Source: an uncultured Gammaproteobacteria bacterium (GTDB taxonomy: Bacteria > Cyanobacteriota > Vampirovibrionia > Gastranaerophilales > CAZEDP01). Taken from it: a stretch of DNA of 42,406 nt. This document shows, piece after piece, positions 1 through 5,623 of this stretch; the first letter of the stretch is position 1, and each line of letters opens with the position of its first letter. The stretch is taken from the NCBI GenBank assembly GCA_964511035.1, contig CAZEDP010000001.1:1-42406 (forward strand). The letters run 5' to 3'. The translations under genes were made by a program, and so were the position numbers. The notes below the pieces were generated by a model, which did not search any database, was not told the origin of the DNA, and saw only the letters and a list, made by a program, of their open reading frames with translations.

Positions 1-1707
1 ATTACAGGCCAGTGCATTAAACCTCCGGTATGTCCTCCTGTAACGCCACCGGTATGTCCGACAATTGCAGCTAAAGAATACGGATATATGACAGGCGACC
101 CTCATTTCAGAGGTGGCGACGGCGAATTGTACACAATAAAAGGAATATCAGGCAAAGTATACAGTATAGTTAAAGACAAAAAATTTGAATACGATGCAAA
201 ATTTGAAACTGTTAACTGTTGGGGAAACACAGGCGCAACAGGTTCAGCAGTTAAAGTTGGCAATACCTGCGGAACTAAAACCAGCATAATTTATTATGAT
301 AAAAAAGGATGCGCTAAACTTGTAAATGTTGTCAGCGGTAAATTAACCGAAACAACAATTCAAAGAGGCGTTACATATACACTCGCAGACGGCGGAACAG
401 TTAAATTTGGTCAGGCTTACGGCGGCGGATGCGACGGAAGCCAACTTGAAGAAAGACTTATCATCAAATCAGCAGAAGGTTATACATTAACACAAGTTGC
501 AAGATCAGGCGGATATATTGACAGCAACTTCGAAACAAGCTGTAAAGGTGTATATAGTGACTGCGTAATGCCTACCGGTTTACTTGGTGATACATTTGAT
601 GCCGGCTCTGCAAAAAGAGTAGCAACAAATGACATGGGCGGCGGAATCTTAAACAGCAGCCTCTGTTCTTATACATTAGGTACTGACCTAAAGACAGCTA
701 TTATGAAAGGCGTAACAATTACACCGACTTGCCCGCCTGCTGATCCTCCGGTATGTCCTCCTGTAAATCCACCGGTATGCCCACCGCCTGTAACACCTCC
801 TGTATGCCCACCACCAGTAACTCCGCCTGTATGCCCACCACCAGTAACTCCGCCTGTTTGCCCACCACCAGTAACTCCGCCTGTTTGCACTCCCAAAATA
901 GCAGTTAACGAATACGGCTACATGACAGGCGATCCTCATTTCAGAGGTGGTGACGGTGAATTATATACTATTACCGGCACATCAGGAAAAGTTTACAGTA
1001 TTGTTAAAGACAAAAATTTTGAATTCGACGCAAAATTTGAAAAATTAAACTGCTGGGGAACCACAGGTACAACAGGTTCGGCAGTTAAAGTCAGCAGCAG
1101 CTGCGGAAAATATACAAGCATAATTTATTATGATAAAACCGGATGCGCCAAACTTGTAAACATAGTTAACGGCAAAAAATGCGAAATAACAATTCAACGC
1201 GGTAAAGTATATCAGCTTGCTGACGGCGGATGTGTCAAATTCGGTCAGGCTTACGGCGGTGGAGCCGACGGCAGTCAGCTTGAAGAAAGACTTATTATTA
1301 AATCAAAAGAAGGCTATACTTTAAGTCAAGTTGCAAGAGCCGGCGGATATATCGACAGCAACTTCGAAACAGGATGCAAAGGCGTTTACAGTGACGGCGT
1401 CATGACATCCGGCTTATTAGGTGACACATTTGATGCAGGTTCTGCAAAAAGAGTCGCAACAGATAATATGGGCACCGGAATTTTAAACAGTTCTCTTTGC
1501 TCATACACATTAGGCACTGATTTAAAAGCAGCTATAATGAAAAACGTAGCACTTACAACAGGTTGTGGACTTTCAACAAGCGAAATTAACGGAATCATTC
1601 AGTATATGAGCGCATTTGATGCTAATTCCTCCGCATACTGCCAGTCAATTCAAACATGCGGTTCGGGACAGAACTTTGTATCTCTGTTCACAGGTGCAAC
1701 AGCATAG
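1..1707 (+). CDS. 5'-truncated multi-module protein: tandem VWD-like (GDPH-motif) modules joined by Pro/Cys-rich linkers, with a C-terminal tail
   Basis: Frame 1 is open from nt 1 (ITGQCIKPPVCPPVTPPVCPTIAAKEYGYMTGDPHF...). The ATG at 88 is therefore internal, and the gene starts upstream of the window. Two near-identical 219-aa modules occupy nt 76-732 and 910-1566. Each opens with GDPHFRGGDGELYTI.G.SGKVYSIVKDK and has GLLGDTFD about 160 aa later. These resemble the opening (GDPHY.TFDG..Y.F.G...Y.L..D) and closing (GLCGNFDG..DF) signatures of von Willebrand factor type D domains. Stop at 1705-1707, followed by a terminator hairpin. Confidence 0.8.
   Translation: MTGQCIKPPVCPPVTPPVCPTIAAKEYGYMTGDPHFRGGDGELYTIKGISGKVYSIVKDKKFEYDAKFETVNCWGNTGATGSAVKVGNTCGTKTSIIYYDKKGCAKLVNVVSGKLTETTIQRGVTYTLADGGTVKFGQAYGGGCDGSQLEERLIIKSAEGYTLTQVARSGGYIDSNFETSCKGVYSDCVMPTGLLGDTFDAGSAKRVATNDMGGGILNSSLCSYTLGTDLKTAIMKGVTITPTCPPADPPVCPPVNPPVCPPPVTPPVCPPPVTPPVCPPPVTPPVCPPPVTPPVCTPKIAVNEYGYMTGDPHFRGGDGELYTITGTSGKVYSIVKDKNFEFDAKFEKLNCWGTTGTTGSAVKVSSSCGKYTSIIYYDKTGCAKLVNIVNGKKCEITIQRGKVYQLADGGCVKFGQAYGGGADGSQLEERLIIKSKEGYTLSQVARAGGYIDSNFETGCKGVYSDGVMTSGLLGDTFDAGSAKRVATDNMGTGILNSSLCSYTLGTDLKAAIMKNVALTTGCGLSTSEINGIIQYMSAFDANSSAYCQSIQTCGSGQNFVSLFTGATA
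76..1566 (+). repeat. Two 657-nt direct repeats (76-732 and 910-1566) encoding modules A and B of the same protein
   Basis: By-eye alignment shows identical length and most nucleotide and amino-acid positions conserved. Example: gaatacggatatatgacaggcgaccctcatttcagaggtggcgacggcgaattg versus gaatacggctacatgacaggcgatcctcatttcagaggtggtgacggtgaatta. Confidence 0.85.
778..885 (+). repeat. In-frame 27-nt tandem repeat (4 units) encoding (CPPPVTPPV)n in the inter-module linker
   Basis: Units at 805-831, 832-858 and 859-885 read tgcccaccaccagtaactccgcctgt(a/t) and are near-perfect. The unit at 778-804 is degenerate. The wider Pro/Cys linker spans about 727-893 (TCPPADPPVCPPVNPPVCPPPVTPPVC...). Confidence 0.9.
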
Positions 1708-1740
1708 TCTGATATAACATAGAACCAATTAGTACAAAAA

Positions 1741-1767
1741 CTGAGGACAAAAGTCCTCAGTTTTTTA
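1741..1767 (+). terminator. Rho-independent terminator after the first VWD-like gene
   Basis: ctgaggac-aaaa-gtcctcag perfect 8-bp stem followed by ttttttt. Confidence 0.7.
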
Positions 1768-1927
1768 TTTCATTATCTAAATTAAACAGCAAGGTAATTG
1801 AATAACCTTACTGTTTTTTTTATATTTTAATAAATATGAAATTGTATTTATAAAAATCTTTCGAATTTTGCAGTCAATAGAGACAAATACACGGTAATTT
1901 CAGACAATTTTAAAAGGAGGAAAGGAA

Positions 1928-3310
1928 ATGAGTTACGGTCAATCAGCAAGCAGTTATTTGTCAAAATATATGTCATCGAGGTTATTTGGTTCAAGCAGCA
2001 CAGTAAATCAATCAAACACAGCAATCGGAGGAACTAACGTAAATCAAAACAACGTTGCTTTATTAACCAATGCCTTCTCAATTAACAGCCCTACCAATGT
2101 CAATCAGTCAAACATCTCTTTGGGAGGAGGAAATGTTAATCAGAATAACATAGCAGTGGTTAACGGTGGTGTCAGTATAGGAAGCCCAACTAACATTGGA
2201 CAATCTAATATTGCTATTGGAGCCGGCAATACAAATCAAAACAACATTGCATTGGTAAACAACGGCTTTTCAATCGGAAGTCCAACAAATATCGGACAAT
2301 CAAATATTTCTTTGGGAGGAGTGAATACCAATCAAAACAACATTGCTCTGGTAAACAACGGCTTTTCTTTATGCAGTCCGACAGATATTAATCAGAACAA
2401 CACGGCAATAGGCGGATGCAATACCAATCAAAATAACATTGCAATAGTAAATACCTGCACACCTTGTATTCCTTGTCCGCCTCCGCCGCCATGCAAACCT
2501 CCTGTTGCGCCTTGCGAATGGGGTTCTGTAACAGGTGACCCGCACTTTAGAGGCGGTGACGGAGAATCATACAATATTTATGCAGACGGTGGAACCGTCT
2601 TCAGTATAGTAAAAGACAAAAACTTCGACTACAATGCAAAATTCAACTACTGGGGCAACAACAGCGTAAGCGAATCCTCCGTAAGAGTTAAGAACGCAAT
2701 GGGCAATAAAACCAGCATTGTATATTACAAAGCTAACGGAACTGCTACGCTGGTAAATATCAACAACGGAGTAAAAACCGAGACAACTATTCAGCAGGGA
2801 CAAACTTACAACCTTGCTGACGGAGGAACTGTCAAATTCGGTTCCATAAAAGTCAATCCTAGTTCTTCAACAACTGAAACCAGGCTTATTGTAACATCAA
2901 GTGAAGGTTACACCCTATCTCAAAGAGCATATGGCAGCCATATTAACAGCACCTTCGAAACGAGTTCTAAAGGTACGGAATCTGACGGCGTAGCAACCAG
3001 CGGTCTGTTAGGAGATACCTTCGATCCGGATTCGGCAAAGAGAATTCCTACTGACAACAAAGGAACAGGTGTATTAAATAAAGCTCTCTCCGCATATGCT
3101 TTGGGAACAGACATAACTGCCATAGCAATGCAGGGTGTTAACACTACTGCTCAAACCGGATATGGTATGGATACAACCGGTATAAACGGTTTGATACAGA
3201 ATATGGGCTCATACGGAACAAACACAGGAAGCAGCTTCGGTTCATTCTTTAATACAGGATCCGGGCTTCAGAATTATCTTACATCCCTGTATTCCGGATA
3301 TGCCGCATAG
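1928..3310 (+). CDS. Asn/Gln-rich curlin-like repeat protein fused through a Pro/Cys linker to one Cys-free VWD-like (GDPH) module plus a C-terminal tail
   Basis: Strong RBS aaggaggaaaggaaATG. No hydrophobic signal peptide (MSYGQSASSYLSKYMSSRLFGSSS). Five 28-32-aa N/Q repeats are followed by the linker TPCIPCPPPPPCKPPVAPC. Then comes GDPHFRGGDGESYNIY...SIVKDK...GLLGDTFD, homologous to the modules of the upstream gene. Confidence 0.85.
   Translation: MSYGQSASSYLSKYMSSRLFGSSSTVNQSNTAIGGTNVNQNNVALLTNAFSINSPTNVNQSNISLGGGNVNQNNIAVVNGGVSIGSPTNIGQSNIAIGAGNTNQNNIALVNNGFSIGSPTNIGQSNISLGGVNTNQNNIALVNNGFSLCSPTDINQNNTAIGGCNTNQNNIAIVNTCTPCIPCPPPPPCKPPVAPCEWGSVTGDPHFRGGDGESYNIYADGGTVFSIVKDKNFDYNAKFNYWGNNSVSESSVRVKNAMGNKTSIVYYKANGTATLVNINNGVKTETTIQQGQTYNLADGGTVKFGSIKVNPSSSTTETRLIVTSSEGYTLSQRAYGSHINSTFETSSKGTESDGVATSGLLGDTFDPDSAKRIPTDNKGTGVLNKALSAYALGTDITAIAMQGVNTTAQTGYGMDTTGINGLIQNMGSYGTNTGSSFGSFFNTGSGLQNYLTSLYSGYAA
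1997..2458 (+). repeat. Five consecutive about 96-nt coding repeats (32-aa units, consensus SPTNIGQSNIAIGGGNTNQNNIALVNNGFSIG)
   Basis: Units start at nt 1997, 2087, 2183, 2279 and 2375. Units 3 and 4 are nearly identical at protein level. Confidence 0.85.
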
Positions 3311-3340
3311 AAAACCCTTGAACAGATATAGCATAATAAT

Positions 3341-3372
3341 AAAGCCACGGGAATTTATAACCGTGGCTTTTT
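3341..3372 (+). terminator. Rho-independent terminator after the second VWD-like gene
   Basis: aaagccacgg-(10-nt loop)-ccgtggcttt followed by a T-rich run. Confidence 0.7.
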
Positions 3373-3540
3373 CAAAACAAATGCAGATAAACAATAACAT
3401 TGTCCTAATCTCTTAGTATGAATTTAATCAATTGATATTAAGTTTTTTATTTGAACTTTCTATAATCATTAAAAAAATGTATAAATAAATGACATTTGAT
3501 TGAAATTTGCTAAAATTAAAATTAACATAGAGGAAAATAT

Positions 3541-3771
3541 ATGATTAACAACGTTATGAATATTTTAAACAGAACTTTATACCCTCAAAAATACACACCG
3601 CATACACCTTTAAAAACAAATTATTCAAGCAATCCGTTTGCGGAACCTTTTCAAGGTTCTAACAATTATAATAACTATGCAAAAAATAACCCTGTACAGG
3701 GGGGCATATTTGCAGGGTATTATAATGGCAAATCCAATATAGTAGGCTCAAAACTTTTCATTGAAGCCTAA
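3541..3771 (+). CDS. Hypothetical small N/Y/G-rich protein (76 aa)
   Basis: ORF preceded by gaggaaaatatATG. Composition is biased (GSNNYNNYAKNNPVQGGIFAGYYNGKSN). Its stop codon overlaps the stop of the convergent kinase gene (cTAa at 3768-3771). No recognisable domain. Confidence 0.3.
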   Translation: MINNVMNILNRTLYPQKYTPHTPLKTNYSSNPFAEPFQGSNNYNNYAKNNPVQGGIFAGYYNGKSNIVGSKLFIEA

Positions 3772-4394
3772 CTTTCAATAGGCAAATGCATTAAGAAGGT
3801 GCTTCCAGCTCCTGTTTTGGTTTCTGCGGTTATGAAACCTTTATGCGCTTCTGTTATAGTCTTTGCTATCAGCAAGTTTCTGCCAAATTCAGAACAGTCA
3901 TGTTTTAATATCAATGCTTCATCAAACAAAAAATTCAGAGCTTCGGCATTAATCCCTTTGCCAAAGTCTCTGAACGATAATACAACGTGTTTTTCATTCT
4001 TATAGCTTTTGATGATAATTTCTCCATATTTTGGACTGTGATGAATTGCGTTGGTAATTATATTAGCCACAGCTTGCTGCATAAACCAGAAATTGAATTG
4101 TACATTAATATCTTCGACTCCGGATAAATTTATCTTTATATGCTTATCTTGACTGTTTTGAAGACATATTTGAACGGATAATTCAACCAATTTCTTGATT
4201 GAATTATTTTCAAACGATATTATCCCTCTACCACAGCTCTCTTTAATTTTGTTTAAATACAAAACAGTTCCCAGAAGTTTGTCATTGTTAATATCAGTGT
4301 GATTTGGAATCATCTCAATAAATTCGCATCTCCAAACATAATCCTGCACAAAAAAATAAATAAACATAAAGTTATGTTTATTTATAAAAGACAA
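3768..4394 (-). CDS. Short sensor-less histidine kinase (H-box region plus HATPase_c only), possibly a remnant
   Basis: N-box QAVANIITNAIHHSP, G1 RDFGKGI, F-box LFDE and a C-terminal GAGSTFLMHLP. Candidate H-box NHTDINNDKLLGTVLYL resembles the CitA/DcuS-type H.....N.L..I.G motif. There is no TM or sensor domain. The longest ORF starts at a TTG, so the start is uncertain. The upstream region is non-coding and AT-rich. Confidence 0.6.
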   Translation of the reverse strand: MSFINKHNFMFIYFFVQDYVWRCEFIEMIPNHTDINNDKLLGTVLYLNKIKESCGRGIISFENNSIKKLVELSVQICLQNSQDKHIKINLSGVEDINVQFNFWFMQQAVANIITNAIHHSPKYGEIIIKSYKNEKHVVLSFRDFGKGINAEALNFLFDEALILKHDCSEFGRNLLIAKTITEAHKGFITAETKTGAGSTFLMHLPIES

Positions 4395-4641
4395 ATTAAT
4401 TGGTAAGTCTTTTTAAGTCTAAATAATAAATGTTAAATAATTATTTAAAAAACTGTTAGATTATTATTTTTTATAAGTTAGAATTCTTTTAAAAATAATT
4501 ATAAATTAATTATCTATTATCAAAGAAACGATTAAAAGAAATTTGAAACTTTATATATATTTACAATAGCCAATATTTAAGGAAATGATTTTCACTATGA
4601 ATGTAAAATAAAATTGTTTACAGTATTTTTGGAGACAAAAA

Positions 4642-5430
4642 ATGAAAAAAGTCCTCATTGCCTTAATTTTTGTATTTAGTTGTGCAATATTGGCATTTCC
4701 TGCATCAGCACACTATACATCTAATGTTTTAGACGTAAACATAACCACTGATGACGGTAATACACTGTCTATGTACAATGCTTACCCTGCAAAATATGTC
4801 CCCAACACACAGAGGTATTACATTGAAGCCCAAAAAGGTAAGAGATATGCAATTAACATAACAAACAATACAAACCGCAGAGTAGGGTTAGTAATTGCCG
4901 TTGACGGCAGAAACATAATATCGGGACAAAAATCTTATCTGAAAAATACTGAAAGAATGTATATTTTGAATCCATATTCGTCAGGCAGTTTTGAAGGATG
5001 GAGAACTTCACAGAATCAGATTAACAGGTTTTATTTTACATCTGATGACAAATCTTATGCAGGTGCTTGGGGAGATTATTCCGCTATGGGCGTGATTGCA
5101 GTGACCGCATTTTACGAAAAAAAGCCTCCGGAACCCCTATATGAAGACAAATCATTTAATGTAGTTCCCTGTGCAAGTATGAAAGGTAAATCCGCATCCG
5201 ATTCCGCCGCAAGAGAATCTCAGCCGGGAACAGGATTTGGCGAAGATAAATACTCACCAAGTTATTCCGTGGAGTTTGAGCCTGAAAACAGCTATGCGGA
5301 AAGATATTTCATAAAGTACGAATGGAGACAAACACTCTGCAATAAAAAGGTAATTAATTGCAGCATTCAAAAGAATAGATTCTGGGATGACAACAATGGT
5401 TATGCTCCTTATCCACCCTCAAAATATTGA
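4642..5430 (+). CDS. Secreted protein of unknown function (Sec signal peptide)
   Basis: RBS ggagacaaaaaATG. N-terminus MKKVLIALIFVFSCAILAFPASA-H is a typical signal peptide with an A-S-A cleavage site. No family recognised. Confidence 0.75.
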   Translation: MKKVLIALIFVFSCAILAFPASAHYTSNVLDVNITTDDGNTLSMYNAYPAKYVPNTQRYYIEAQKGKRYAINITNNTNRRVGLVIAVDGRNIISGQKSYLKNTERMYILNPYSSGSFEGWRTSQNQINRFYFTSDDKSYAGAWGDYSAMGVIAVTAFYEKKPPEPLYEDKSFNVVPCASMKGKSASDSAARESQPGTGFGEDKYSPSYSVEFEPENSYAERYFIKYEWRQTLCNKKVINCSIQKNRFWDDNNGYAPYPPSKY

Positions 5431-5463
5431 TATAATAATGATTTTTAAATCAACTCAGGTAAA

Positions 5464-5489
5464 ATGCAGGCATCAAACCTGCATTTTTT
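5464..5489 (+). terminator. Rho-independent terminator
   Basis: atgcagg-catcaaa-cctgcat followed by tttttt. Confidence 0.65.
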
Positions 5490-5623
5490 AAATAATACTT
5501 TTAAAAAAACTTTATAAAGTAATGTTAAAATCTTGACCTGATTATTTTTGCTTTGTCTTTGCTTATAGTAAAGTAGTCCTATTAGTGAAAAAATTATCTT
5601 TAATATATGGAGCACCAAATACT

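Noticed and set aside
778-885. Regular 27-nt direct repeats that could be mistaken for a small CRISPR-like array.
   Set aside because: The units are contiguous with no spacers. They are in frame within a long ORF, encode a sensible Pro-rich linker, and no cas genes are present.
669-939. Minus-strand ORFs of 75 and 83 aa with repetitive GGVTGGG / YWWWA(N/Y)RRS sequence.
   Set aside because: They are the antisense reading of the Pro/Cys 27-nt repeat linker. The sense frame is continuous with a long, conserved two-module protein. There is no independent start or RBS evidence.
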